64,000 bases of DNA from Vulcanimicrobiota bacterium (GCA_963833095.1 CAWHWQ010000005.1:576023-640022); one strand, 5' to 3'. Positions 28,718 through 38,520 are shown, numbered from the stretch's first letter. Numbers and translations: made by a program. Notes: generated from the sequence alone by a model not told the origin.

Positions 28718-29032
28718 ATGCGCGTACGAATTTACGAACAGCGCACCGGAGCGCTGCTAGCCGACGCGAGCGGCGATCACGTCGCTAAAGTCGAGGGTAA
28801 TTGGTACATCGATGCCGCCGCGGTGAGCAAGAAATTGCAGATGTCATCGCACGACTACACTTGCCCCTATAAAGGCAAATGTTACTACGCGGATTTCGTC
28901 GACGGCCCCATACGCGCGATCGACGTTGCCTGGGTCTATGGCGACACGAAGCCGGGCTGGGACCACATCAAGGGGAAATACGGCTTCTACGCGGGCGAGA
29001 TGCGCAATACGCGCGACGAAGTTACGCCCTAG
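28718..29032 (+). CDS. DUF427-domain protein
   Basis: VEGNWY, TCPYKGKCYY, VAWVY, IKGKYGFY. Confidence 0.85.
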   Translation: MRVRIYEQRTGALLADASGDHVAKVEGNWYIDAAAVSKKLQMSSHDYTCPYKGKCYYADFVDGPIRAIDVAWVYGDTKPGWDHIKGKYGFYAGEMRNTRDEVTP

Positions 29033-29039
29033 CGCGCCG

Positions 29040-29534
29040 TTATAGACACGATCCCGCGCGATCGAAGTAGGCATGGAGCGGCCCGGAGAGCAGCGCGATC
29101 AGCGACGCCTGAATCTGCTCGACGTGCTCGGGTGACATGTCTGCGAGCACGCGGCGCTCGGTCGCGCGCACGGCATCGCCGGCATGCTGTAAGAGCGCTG
29201 CGCCGGCAGCGGTGATCTCCACGATGCGCGCCCGCCGGTCATCGGGATCGGCCTTGCGAAGCACAAAGGCGCGTCGCTCCAAATCGTCGATCGTCGCGAC
29301 GAGCGTCGTTTTGTCCAGCCCGACGTTTTGCGCGATCTCGAGCTGCGAGCGGGCGGCCCCGCCGGCCACGGTCGCCAAGACCGCAAAGGTCCGCAGACTC
29401 AGACCAAGAGGAGCGAGCGCCTCGTTGTGAGCCGCCGTGAAGGCGTGGGCGATCCGGGCCACCGGCCAACCCAGCCCCTCGCGCAGCACGGCAGGGACCC
29501 TGCTACAGGCGCCCGCCTCGTGACTGAGTTCCAT
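29040..29534 (-). CDS. MarR-family transcriptional regulator
   Basis: SQLEIAQNVGLDKTTLVATIDDLE, DPDDRRARIV.IT..G. Confidence 0.9.
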   Translation of the reverse strand: MELSHEAGACSRVPAVLREGLGWPVARIAHAFTAAHNEALAPLGLSLRTFAVLATVAGGAARSQLEIAQNVGLDKTTLVATIDDLERRAFVLRKADPDDRRARIVEITAAGAALLQHAGDAVRATERRVLADMSPEHVEQIQASLIALLSGPLHAYFDRAGSCL

Positions 29535-29540
29535 GACGCA

Positions 29541-29606
29541 ATCATACCACACTCAGATAATCCGATTATCAATTATCTTGACAAGGATGGTCCGCCGGCC
29601 TACCAT
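29541..29606. promoter_or_regulatory. Divergent promoters and putative MarR operator
   Basis: Palindrome GATAATC-C-GATTATC (29556-29570); plus strand TTGACA(29578-29583)-17 bp-TACCAT(29601-29606); minus strand TATGAT (29541-29546). Confidence 0.65.
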
Positions 29607-29612
29607 GAAGGA

Positions 29613-30221
29613 ATGACGGCAACTTTTAATAAGTCAAACCGCGCTCTCGACGAGCGCGCCTTGAACACGATTTTCCACGATGCCCGCACCGCGAACGGTT
29701 TTCTACCTGAGCCGGTCCCGGCCGAGCTTCTCGAGCGTATCGTCGAGTCGGCGAAAATGGCGCCGACGGCGATGAACTCGCTTCCGCTGCGTGTGGTATT
29801 CGTTACCACGCCCGAAGGCCGCGAACGGCTGCGGCCGCTGCTCTCGCCCGGCAACGTGGCGAAGGTCGAGTCAGCGCCGGTAACGGCGATCCTCGCGCGC
29901 GATCTGAACTTCCACCAAGCGCTTCCGCGCCTGTTCCCGCACGCACCGCAACAATATTATGACATGGCACGCGACAACGCGGAGCCTGCGTCGCTGCAAA
30001 ACGCGACACTGCAAGCGGGATACTTTATCCTCGCGGCGCGGTCGCACGGCCTCGATGCGGGGCCGATGGGCGGCTTTGACAACGCGGGCGTCGATAAGGA
30101 ATTCTTCGCCGACGGTACGCGCAAGTCGATTCTGCTCGTTGCGCTCGGCTACGGCGATGACAGCAAACTCTTCCCACGCAATCCGCGCCTCGAGTTCAGC
30201 GAAATCGCGTCGTTCGTCTAA
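29613..30221 (+). CDS. Nitroreductase, RutE (malonic semialdehyde reductase)-like
   Basis: IFHDARTANGF, APTAMNSLPLR, LQAGYFILAARSHGLDAGPMGGFD, PRNPRLEF. Confidence 0.88.
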   Translation: MTATFNKSNRALDERALNTIFHDARTANGFLPEPVPAELLERIVESAKMAPTAMNSLPLRVVFVTTPEGRERLRPLLSPGNVAKVESAPVTAILARDLNFHQALPRLFPHAPQQYYDMARDNAEPASLQNATLQAGYFILAARSHGLDAGPMGGFDNAGVDKEFFADGTRKSILLVALGYGDDSKLFPRNPRLEFSEIASFV

Positions 30222-30343
30222 GGCGCTTTGAGATCGAGGGCCGCTAGGTAGGTCGCGTCTTGGAAGACATCCGGCGGCCGTAACGGCCCAAATCCCCACC
30301 CTGCGCTACTTTGGTACGCAAGGTGAGGATCGTAGCCCTAGGC

Positions 30344-30907
30344 CTACGGTTCCGGGGAAGCGGGTGGACCTGCGCCCGCCGGCGGCGGCACGTAAATGTG
30401 CGCGCGCTCCCGTGGAAGATTCGGATTGCGAACGATAGTACCGTCTGCAAACTTCACGCGCAACGCGATACAGCGCGGCAGCCCGGTTTGGAGCGGAAAG
30501 ACGTTCGGACTTAAACCGTACTGATGCTTGATCTCGGCACCAGGTGAAAAGGTGCCGACATCTCTCGCTTCGGCGACTAGCCGCCCGTTGGCCACCAATC
30601 CCCATTCGACTGTCGTCATAACTTTGTGCGTGACGTTGGTGAAGTCGATATTGAGCGTTGGGTTTGCGCTAGTCACCGGTGGTTGATAGAACCCGTAGCC
30701 GTAGGCGTCACCCCAATAGAACGGCCGCGCCGGATAAAATCCCGGAGCAAACCCCGTATAAGGATAGGACGTAGTAAGATTCGCCCTCGGGTCGCAACGG
30801 CTCACCTTAAACATTTTGGTCGTAAACGGTATCGTCGCCATGGTTGTCTGGCCCAACGCCGGCGCATTGAGCGCAAGAACGGCAGCGGCCATCAAGAAAA
30901 ATCGCAT
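30344..30907 (-). CDS. Secreted hypothetical protein
   Basis: Sec signal MRFFLMAAAVLALNAPALG; GGGGGA SD; beta-rich with a Cys pair. Confidence 0.7.
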   Translation of the reverse strand: MRFFLMAAAVLALNAPALGQTTMATIPFTTKMFKVSRCDPRANLTTSYPYTGFAPGFYPARPFYWGDAYGYGFYQPPVTSANPTLNIDFTNVTHKVMTTVEWGLVANGRLVAEARDVGTFSPGAEIKHQYGLSPNVFPLQTGLPRCIALRVKFADGTIVRNPNLPRERAHIYVPPPAGAGPPASPEP

Positions 30908-31018
30908 GCAAAGTCCCCCATTTGGTCAGATTATCACACCTTTGCCACCGGCAGGCTGTCCCGAAGGCGCAAGCCCCCCTAGATACGGTTCTCGGACGGC
31001 GCAGAGGAGGACGCTGAT

Positions 31019-32557
31019 ATGCTCTCGCTTTCCTTTTGCGCCGGCATGCTCGGGATTGAAGGCTACGTGGTGCGCGTGGAGGCTGACAGTTCAGCCGGGT
31101 CGCCCGCGTTTACCATTATCGGCCTGCCCGATCGCGCGCTCGGCGAGGCGCGTGACCGCGTTCGCACGGCCATTTTCAATTCGGGATTCGCCTATCCGGC
31201 GGGACGTCTTCTGGTCAATCTTTCGCCGGCCGACGTTCGCAAGGAGGGACCGGCATTCGACCTCGCGATCGCACTCGCACTGCTCGCTATCGACGAACAA
31301 ATCGATCGCCTCGCGCTGCAAAACGTCATCGCACTGGGCGAACTCGCACTCGACGGCACGCTGCGCCCGGTTAGCGGCATCTTGCCGATGGTGATCGGCG
31401 CGCGAAATGCCGGCTTTTCGAAATTGATCGTGCCGGCGCGCAACGCGGACGAAGCCGCGCTTGTCGACGGCATCGAACTCTATGCCGTTGATTCACTGCA
31501 GAACGCGGTTTCCGTGATCCTCGGCAATGGCGGCGTGTGGCGCCGCCGCACGCAAGCGCCGATTCTCGACCCTTCGGACACGCTGGTACACGGCGACCTC
31601 GCCGACGTTCGCGGGCAACTCGCGGCGAAAAGAGCGCTAGAAATCGCTGCGGCCGGTGGACACAATTTGCTTTTCGTCGGGCCACCCGGGTGCGGCAAAA
31701 CGATGCTGGCGCGACGGTTGCCGTCAATTCTTCCGCCGATGACGCTGCGCGAGGCGCTCGACGTCACCAAGATCTACAGCGTTGCCGGATTGCTCGCGAA
31801 TCATGCCGGCGTCGTGAGTGCGCGGCCGTTTCGATTCCCGCATCACACGATCAGCCAGGCCGCGCTGGTCGGCGGCGGTCCGCTGGCGAAACCCGGCGAA
31901 ATCAGTCTCGCGCACCACGGCGTGCTCTTTTTCGACGAACTTCCCGAATTTGGGCGCGGTGCGATCGAGGTGATGCGCCAGCCGTTGGAAGAAGGCACGG
32001 TGACGATCGCGCGCGCGGCTGGCACGTTCACCTACCCGGCGCGATTTCAACTCGTTGCCTCGATGAATCCCTGTCCGTGCGGCTATCGCGGCTTGCGCGG
32101 CGCCGAGTGCCGCTGCGACGATGCGAGCGTCGCAAAGTACATCAGCAAACTTTCGGGGCCGCTGCTGGATCGCATCGACCTGCAGATCGAAATCGGGCGC
32201 GTGCCGTTCGACGACATGGTGCGCCGCGACGGCGCCGAACACTCGAATGCCATTCGCGAGCGCGTGGTCGCCGCACGCGCCGTCGCGCGCGAGCGCTTTA
32301 CCGGTACGCCGATCGGGGCGAACGCGGATATACCCGCGAATCAGATGCGCACCTATTGCGCCCTCGATGACGCGGCTATGCGCATTCTAGCAACGGCCAG
32401 CGCGAAGCGGCAATTCTCGGCCCGCGCGCTCGATCGCATCGCACGCGTCGCGCGCACCATTGCCGACCTCGCCAAGGCACAGGATATCCACGCCGAACAC
32501 ATCGCCGAAGCGATTCAGTACCGTAGCCTCGAGAGACTCGACGGTCGCGCCGCGTGA
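31019..32557 (+). CDS. comM: YifB/ComM Mg-chelatase-like AAA+ ATPase
   Basis: GLPD, VNLSPADVRKEG, GPPGCGKTMLA, RPFR.PHH, LAHHGVLFFDE, MNPCPCG, SGPLLDRID. Confidence 0.95.
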   Translation: MLSLSFCAGMLGIEGYVVRVEADSSAGSPAFTIIGLPDRALGEARDRVRTAIFNSGFAYPAGRLLVNLSPADVRKEGPAFDLAIALALLAIDEQIDRLALQNVIALGELALDGTLRPVSGILPMVIGARNAGFSKLIVPARNADEAALVDGIELYAVDSLQNAVSVILGNGGVWRRRTQAPILDPSDTLVHGDLADVRGQLAAKRALEIAAAGGHNLLFVGPPGCGKTMLARRLPSILPPMTLREALDVTKIYSVAGLLANHAGVVSARPFRFPHHTISQAALVGGGPLAKPGEISLAHHGVLFFDELPEFGRGAIEVMRQPLEEGTVTIARAAGTFTYPARFQLVASMNPCPCGYRGLRGAECRCDDASVAKYISKLSGPLLDRIDLQIEIGRVPFDDMVRRDGAEHSNAIRERVVAARAVARERFTGTPIGANADIPANQMRTYCALDDAAMRILATASAKRQFSARALDRIARVARTIADLAKAQDIHAEHIAEAIQYRSLERLDGRAA

Positions 32558-32562
32558 CGCGA

Positions 32563-34803
32563 CTATGTACCTGCTGCGGATCCCGTTCGAAAGACATACT
32601 TCACGATCAGGCGGTTCAACGTGACGTTGGCCGACGGCGAACCGTAGTTGACGTAAATGTCGCCATTGTTCGTGCGCGTGTGAAACCCGACGGCGAGATT
32701 ATTGCCTGGTTCGGTGACGAAACCGCCCAGCCCGTTGATGCCGCGCAGTCCCACCGATATATTTGTGCTCGCGTTGATGTTGTATCCAACGGAAACGCGG
32801 CGCAGCCACTGCGACGAGAGTACGCCGGTCGCAAGGTCGCGTTCGTACGTTCCGTCATATTCGAGGCCGAGCGTTAGTTTGGAGCCGATCGGGCGCGACG
32901 TCGTCGAGGTGTAGTAGTGGACCCAGTTTCCCCCGAAGCTGCCCCAGTTAGCGCTCACGTCGATGGGGGTTGGGCTCCCATCGCGATAGCCGATCGGTAC
33001 CGCCATGAGATTGTAGGGCACGTCGGTCCCCTGAAGGTAGCACGAAAAGCCGGTGAACGATGACGTAGCGACAATCGGGTTTTCGCTCGAGATGGCGCAG
33101 TTCGCAGGTACGAGCGGAATCGCGTACTGGCGCAATAGGCTGACCGTCGGACCGATACCGTCGAGCGAAAAGAGGTTGCGAAAGGTCGCGTTGAGATAGG
33201 CTCCAGAGTCGGCTTCGTGGATCGCGCCGCTTTGATCGTGGTAGCGATCCCCCACAAAGAAGAGGTTCCAACTCTTTACGCCGGGAGCGGTGCCGTTGAA
33301 CGCCACGAAGCCTTCAAGTCCGCGGATGTCCGAATTTTCCGTGTAGCCGTCTATCGGGTTGTAGTTCGGGCTGATGTCGACGTACCCGAGGTTGATCTCA
33401 TAGTTGTTCTGGTGTTCGTCGATGAAGCCATTGATAGAATGCGCGGTTCCGTTCGGCACCCACGACCCGTGCTCGACGGCGTAGTTGAAGTCATAGACGA
33501 ATTTTGTGTGCAGATTTCGACCTTTGAAGCCGGCTTCTACGGTGTCGTCGTCGCCGTTGATGCTGTGGTGCGCCAGCACGCCGTCCACGTAATATTGGAA
33601 GGATTGATCTTGGAGCGCATGTTTCCATCCGAAAGCTTGATCGTCGAACGTTTCACCGGTTTGAGCGTTGTAGCCGCGAAAAGTGAGCACGCCAAAGCTC
33701 TGCAGGCCGTAGACACCCTCGATCTTTAATCCGCTGTCGAACGGTCCGATGCTCGACGAATAGAACACTTCGTTCGGATAGCTGATGTAATTCGAATAGC
33801 CGTTTGGGTTGGGATTGAGATACTGCGCGCCTTGCGCGAAGAACGGGCGGTACTCGACGAGCTGACGTTCGAATTCTTGGGGCGCGATCGTCTGCTGATC
33901 GATCTCGACGTTTGAGAAATCGGGATTCAGCGTTCCGACCAGATTAATCGTCGACGTGATCGGAACGCTCACGTCGGCTCCGTAGTAGCGCGTCGGTTGC
34001 GGATAAAACGTTCCGTTCGCTTGTTCGTAGTCCGAACGATTCTCACCGCTGCTCGATAGCGCAAACACCTCGAGCCGAGGCTGCGGGCGCGCAGAGCTAC
34101 TTTTTGCAAGCGCGATGGTGACGCTAGGCCAATAGCGCAGATCGTTGAACGACGGCCAGTTCCCCGCTCCGCTGTCCTGCATGAGGCCGTCGAATGCCCA
34201 GGTATAGTGCTCCGCCGTCGCAGCGACGCCGCGGAAGAAGCCGATTCGCCACGCGCTCGAGCCGCCGTGAATTCGCATCGACGAAAGCGGGATGATCATT
34301 ACGGCGCGCCATTCGCCGCCGGCGACCGTCGCGGCGGCTTTCCAGTCGGGACGGTAGCGAACGTTCTCAGTCGCCTGCTGATAGCGCACGCCGCGGGGCG
34401 TCGTCTCGAAAAGATAGGCCTGCGAGCCCGCCCCGCTCGTGTCGATGCCGACGGCGACGAAATCGTCGGTTCCGAAGCCTACGTCGTTGGTCGTTTGGGT
34501 GGCGACGATCGGCGCTTTCTGCGGAGCGACAAAGGCGACGTAGAGATTCTTGTCGTCGTACAAAAAGTAGGCGGTCGTAGCGTCCGGGGCGTTGCCGCGT
34601 GTGGTTACGTCCTTCCAAGGTGTACCGCTACCTATTTTGCCGATTTGCCAGGCTGGATCCGAAAGGCTCGGATCCAACGCGAGCGGATGGGGAGCCCTGG
34701 TGGCCGGGAACGAAAAGGTCGGCGCAACGGCTCCCAAGGCAGACGTAAAGAAACCCGCGAGCGCGAAGACCGAACTACAGAGTGCAACAAGGAACGTCCG
34801 CAT
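32563..34803 (-). CDS. Probable outer-membrane protein with CBM9-like N-terminal domain (DUF5916-like)
   Basis: Signal peptide; YDDKNLYVAF; TLNPDFSNVEID...EYRPFF..G; alternating amphipathic strands at the C-terminus. Confidence 0.7.
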   Translation of the reverse strand: MRTFLVALCSSVFALAGFFTSALGAVAPTFSFPATRAPHPLALDPSLSDPAWQIGKIGSGTPWKDVTTRGNAPDATTAYFLYDDKNLYVAFVAPQKAPIVATQTTNDVGFGTDDFVAVGIDTSGAGSQAYLFETTPRGVRYQQATENVRYRPDWKAAATVAGGEWRAVMIIPLSSMRIHGGSSAWRIGFFRGVAATAEHYTWAFDGLMQDSGAGNWPSFNDLRYWPSVTIALAKSSSARPQPRLEVFALSSSGENRSDYEQANGTFYPQPTRYYGADVSVPITSTINLVGTLNPDFSNVEIDQQTIAPQEFERQLVEYRPFFAQGAQYLNPNPNGYSNYISYPNEVFYSSSIGPFDSGLKIEGVYGLQSFGVLTFRGYNAQTGETFDDQAFGWKHALQDQSFQYYVDGVLAHHSINGDDDTVEAGFKGRNLHTKFVYDFNYAVEHGSWVPNGTAHSINGFIDEHQNNYEINLGYVDISPNYNPIDGYTENSDIRGLEGFVAFNGTAPGVKSWNLFFVGDRYHDQSGAIHEADSGAYLNATFRNLFSLDGIGPTVSLLRQYAIPLVPANCAISSENPIVATSSFTGFSCYLQGTDVPYNLMAVPIGYRDGSPTPIDVSANWGSFGGNWVHYYTSTTSRPIGSKLTLGLEYDGTYERDLATGVLSSQWLRRVSVGYNINASTNISVGLRGINGLGGFVTEPGNNLAVGFHTRTNNGDIYVNYGSPSANVTLNRLIVKYVFRTGSAAGT

Positions 34804-34847
34804 TCTGAGTCGAGCATGGGCTCTAGAGATCGGATGTGTCCTCAATA

Positions 34848-35234
34848 ATGAATCAAAGATTGTTGATCGCCTTTGCCGCCGCCTTTGAGGCGGTCACCGG
34901 GATCGTCCTTATCGTCGATCCGTCGCTACTCGGCCGGCTTTTGCTGGGCGTCAATCTCGACGTCTCCGGAATAGCAGTCGGTCGTCTTGCGGGCTTCGCG
35001 CTGCTCGGATTAGGGCTGGCGTGCTGGCCGGGACGACAAGCGCCCACCGGGAAGAGCGCGGTGAGGGGACTTCTCGCGTACAATTTGCTCGCTACGATCT
35101 TCTTCGTGTATTTGGGCATCCAGGGTGGATTGGTTGGACCGCTCTTGTGGCCCGCGGCGATAATTCACGCCGCGATAACGATCTTGCTCGCGCGCGCAAT
35201 TACGACACGAACAACTCGCGCTCGGTATTCTTGA
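34848..35234 (+). CDS. Four-TM membrane protein
   Basis: Hydrophobic; E..TG, GLACWP, LLAYN, LLWPA...H. Confidence 0.75.
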   Translation: MNQRLLIAFAAAFEAVTGIVLIVDPSLLGRLLLGVNLDVSGIAVGRLAGFALLGLGLACWPGRQAPTGKSAVRGLLAYNLLATIFFVYLGIQGGLVGPLLWPAAIIHAAITILLARAITTRTTRARYS

Positions 35235-36915
35235 TGTTACTGGTGTCGAACGACGTCTGCCACCAGGGTTTCGGCGCCGCGGCCCCTTGGAGCAGCAAGG
35301 GTTGTGTCTGGGTCGCCGACTGCTCGTAGGCGCGAAACTCGTAGTGATCGATGAGCTTTATTGCCTCGACCGCATAGTAGACTGCGACGGCTGGATCGCG
35401 AATCTCCAGTAGGTTATCGCCGTTACTCTCTTCGCCTCCCTCGGCGAGATTTGACGAACCACAGTACACCAACGGATTGGTTCCGTTGAAGTCGATCACG
35501 ATGAACTTGTGGTGGATCACCTGGCCCATGCCCCCGTTCCACTCCGCGGTGAACGGAGGCGGCACGTGCGCCTTGAGAAAACCGAACGGGACCAACAAGC
35601 CGTTGGCTGCGCCGGATTTGTAGTACTTGATGCCCGTGGTCGTTTGTGTCACACCATACGAAAAGATGTCGGGCCGCTTCATGAGCGTCGTAAGCTCTTG
35701 CATCACCGCGCCGCCGCCGGCAAGTTCCATCACCGCGAAGAGCACCGAGCTCTTGGCATTCGTGATCGCGGCCGCCACCCGATCTAGCGAGACCTCGCCG
35801 CTCTTGTGCGGAGCAAACGATACGCTGAATGCCGGGATGCCGGTCCCTTGCGCATCGAACCATTCAGAAGCGATCTCGGAATCTTGGAACTGCGCCATGT
35901 CGCTCCACGCTTCGTCGAACGCCTGACCGTACAGCGCGGCAACCTGCGGGTCGTCAATCGCGATAACGCTGTTGGACTGCACGTAGAGCCCGCGAGCCGA
36001 AAAGTTCGCCGAACCAGTCAGGACGCGAATCGCCTTTCCGGACGCGTCGCGTTCGATCACACACTTGTCGTGCGCGTAACGTTTGAAGTGCCCGCGCTTG
36101 AGCTGGACCCCCGCCTTTGTTAGCAATACCGCGGACAACACTTCGCGTGCGCTCGACTTGGTGTGCAGGCTCGCGTTGTCCAGAATCATCCGCACGGGCA
36201 ACTTGGCCTCCGCCTGTTGCGCGACGAACTTGATGAAGTCCGGCTCGTCGAGGTCGTAGGCGAACACGTCGAATCCGTGCCCGTCGTCCTTACAGCGCTG
36301 AGTAAAGCTCGCAAGAATCGAACGGGCGTGGGCGCCGAGCCACTCGTAGAGCGCGCGCCAGGTCACGGGCGGCTTGGCGTTCGGCACATTGGCGTCGGTG
36401 TCGTAGTCTACCGTGTTGTTGGGACGAAGCTCACGAACCTGACCGTATCGATCCGCAAAATCCTGCGATGAAATATAGCCTCGCGTGAATCCCAGATCGA
36501 AGTTTGAAAAGAGCGGGCCGCCGAGCTGCACGTTCAACGACACACTGTATTTCGTCGAGAGCTGCGATCCCGAAAAATACATTGCGTCGATTTTATAGGT
36601 CAGCGAGGCGCTTGCATCGGGCGGAAAATCCACCCAGCGAAATTTCTGGAACGGCGAAATATTCGAAGGCGTCTCATCGGCAAGTTGCTGCGTCGGATCC
36701 TTTGTGGCATATGCGCCTTTGCCGGCGTCGAATCCCAAACGGTTCTTGATGTAGGTGAGATGGTCTGCATCGGAGCCTCGTGCGATCGCAAACCCGGCAA
36801 GGTCGGTGCACGCCGTCTCCGGGAGATTCATCGCGAACATCACGCACTCGTCGCCGCGGTAGACCTTGACGGTAAAATCGCGATCGTGAACCACGATCGT
36901 AGACGCGTTACTCAT
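35200..36915 (-). CDS. Phospholipase D-superfamily protein with two HKD-type motifs
   Basis: HDKCVIERD...TGSANFS and HHKFIVID...GSSNL; no signal peptide. Confidence 0.88.
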   Translation of the reverse strand: MSNASTIVVHDRDFTVKVYRGDECVMFAMNLPETACTDLAGFAIARGSDADHLTYIKNRLGFDAGKGAYATKDPTQQLADETPSNISPFQKFRWVDFPPDASASLTYKIDAMYFSGSQLSTKYSVSLNVQLGGPLFSNFDLGFTRGYISSQDFADRYGQVRELRPNNTVDYDTDANVPNAKPPVTWRALYEWLGAHARSILASFTQRCKDDGHGFDVFAYDLDEPDFIKFVAQQAEAKLPVRMILDNASLHTKSSAREVLSAVLLTKAGVQLKRGHFKRYAHDKCVIERDASGKAIRVLTGSANFSARGLYVQSNSVIAIDDPQVAALYGQAFDEAWSDMAQFQDSEIASEWFDAQGTGIPAFSVSFAPHKSGEVSLDRVAAAITNAKSSVLFAVMELAGGGAVMQELTTLMKRPDIFSYGVTQTTTGIKYYKSGAANGLLVPFGFLKAHVPPPFTAEWNGGMGQVIHHKFIVIDFNGTNPLVYCGSSNLAEGGEESNGDNLLEIRDPAVAVYYAVEAIKLIDHYEFRAYEQSATQTQPLLLQGAAAPKPWWQTSFDTSNIKNTERELFVS

Positions 36916-36976
36916 GCCGCCACCCCCAACTAGAACTCTAGCGAGGGCACCTTAAGGTCACAAGTCCTGCCAAGTG

Positions 36977-37000
36977 GACCACCTGCGCGTGCAGGTGGTC
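36977..37000. terminator. Perfect hairpin downstream of the small membrane gene
   Basis: GACCACCTGC-GCGT-GCAGGTGGTC; the T-run is on the plus strand, so its role is unclear. Confidence 0.35.
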
Positions 37001-37008
37001 ATTTTGGC

Positions 37009-37230
37009 TTACGGGTGGCCGTTGCTGGTGGTGGTCGTCGTCGAATTGGTCGTGGAACTTCCGTTTCCGGCAGCACCCGGCGCGGTAACCGTCGTCTGGC
37101 GCGTGGTGCTTACCGACCACGGATGCCACACAAAGAGCCCGATCAAAATGGCTACGACAAGAACGGCGACGATGCCGAACGCCGCGGCATTGCCGCCGCC
37201 GCCTTCGTGGACAATAACTGGATCGCTCAT
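37009..37230 (-). CDS. Small single-TM protein with T/S-rich tail
   Basis: FGIVAVLVVAILIGLFVWHPW TM segment. Confidence 0.7.
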   Translation of the reverse strand: MSDPVIVHEGGGGNAAAFGIVAVLVVAILIGLFVWHPWSVSTTRQTTVTAPGAAGNGSSTTNSTTTTTSNGHP

Positions 37231-37289
37231 AACCAACATTTCCCCAGCAAATACCTACTCCAATCAGCAAGCAAGGGCTGCTGCCCGGG

Positions 37290-37646
37290 TCAGAGCTTGT
37301 CGTCGAACTTACGTAGTCGTTCGGTCATGACCGTCATGACTTCGATCGCGAAGTACGGATTTCTGGTGAGGAGAAAGAGAAAACGCTTGCGATCGATGAC
37401 CGCTACCTTGACATCGGTTTTGGCGACGACGTCGGCGCTGCGCTGCTGTCGATCGATCAACGCCATCTCGCCGAAGATTCCTCCAGCCTGCACGGTTTCG
37501 AGGACTTTGCCGCGTAGGCTAATCTCAACCTCACCGCTCAAGACGACGTACATCACCTCGCCACTTTCCCCGGCAGTAAAAAATCGCTGCCCCGCGGGGA
37601 GCCGCTGCGTTTCGGTGTCGGTAGCAAAAATAGAAAGATCGGGCAC
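37290..37646 (-). CDS. Stand-alone cyclic nucleotide-binding domain protein
   Basis: GE.GEVMYVVLSGEVEI, FGEMALID.QQRSADVVA. Confidence 0.9.
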   Translation of the reverse strand: MPDLSIFATDTETQRLPAGQRFFTAGESGEVMYVVLSGEVEISLRGKVLETVQAGGIFGEMALIDRQQRSADVVAKTDVKVAVIDRKRFLFLLTRNPYFAIEVMTVMTERLRKFDDKL

Positions 37647-37664
37647 GTAAACTCCCTTTCGTAG

Positions 37665-38513
37665 TTAGCTAGTCGCGTCGAGCGCGGGCACGGCGTCGCC
37701 ATCGAGAAACACCCGCAACTCAGAGGACGAGAATTGCACCCCGCTCCAAAACGGACCGAATTCTCCAAAGCGCGCGCTCGCCTCGTCGAAGCGCATGTCG
37801 TAGACAAGTTTCTTGAAGACCAGCGGATCATCGGCGTACAGGTCGACGCCCCATTCGAAATCGTCGAAGCCGATTGAGCCCGAAATCACTTGGGTGACCG
37901 CCCCGTGATAGCTTCGCCCGACCTTTCCGTGCTCGGTCATCATTTTGGCGCGCTCGTCGAACGGCAGCATGAACCAGTTATCCGCCCCGTCGCGCTTCTT
38001 ATTCATCGGATAGAAGCACGCGTAGCGGCGGCGCGGGATTTTAGCCCACAAGCGCGGACCGACGTATGGACTTTCGGCTTGTTTACGTACCAGCTCATCG
38101 AAGGCGGCGATCCACTCCGGCGATTGAGCGGCTAGGCCGCGCGATTGCAGTTCGGCGTGGATCTTCCCCGTTGCGTCGTACATTCCCAATTCCAGAACCG
38201 ACACATACGATCCAAGCGCATGCAAATATTCGCGCACTTCGAGTTTGTCGACCAAGGTTTGCGCGTAGGCCAGCCCGTCGTAGGTGCGCGCGTAGTGGGT
38301 GAGCATCAGATCGCCCTTATGGCCGACGATCTGCGCGAGGCCGACGTCGCCGTCTTTTCCCGATTGCAGGTGTTCCACGAGGTCGGTCGCGTGCGCGGCG
38401 TATTTTGCGCGTCGCTTTTCGGGCAAGCCGTCCCAGGATCGGCGATCGAACGCGAACATGCGGTGGAGAATCCACCAGCCCTCGAGCGACTCGGGCACGT
38501 TAGGGTCGCGCAT
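37665..38513 (-). CDS. chdC: Coproheme decarboxylase (HemQ/ChdC)
   Basis: GHKGDLM, FYPMNKKR, W.MLPFDER..MM.EHG..GR.Y, GFDDFEWGV, MRFDEASARFGEFGPF. Confidence 0.9.
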   Translation of the reverse strand: MRDPNVPESLEGWWILHRMFAFDRRSWDGLPEKRRAKYAAHATDLVEHLQSGKDGDVGLAQIVGHKGDLMLTHYARTYDGLAYAQTLVDKLEVREYLHALGSYVSVLELGMYDATGKIHAELQSRGLAAQSPEWIAAFDELVRKQAESPYVGPRLWAKIPRRRYACFYPMNKKRDGADNWFMLPFDERAKMMTEHGKVGRSYHGAVTQVISGSIGFDDFEWGVDLYADDPLVFKKLVYDMRFDEASARFGEFGPFWSGVQFSSSELRVFLDGDAVPALDATS

Positions 38514-38520
38514 GAGTTCG

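Noticed and set aside
30955..31000. Riboswitch (e.g. c-di-GMP) upstream of comM, suggested by a GCAA tetraloop inside a larger stem
   Set aside because: Lacks the conserved core nucleotides of the classes I know; could be chance pairing in GC-rich DNA.
35200..37646. CBASS- or Pycsar-type defence operon
   Set aside because: No nucleotide cyclase or CD-NTase in the window, and a hairpin separates the genes.
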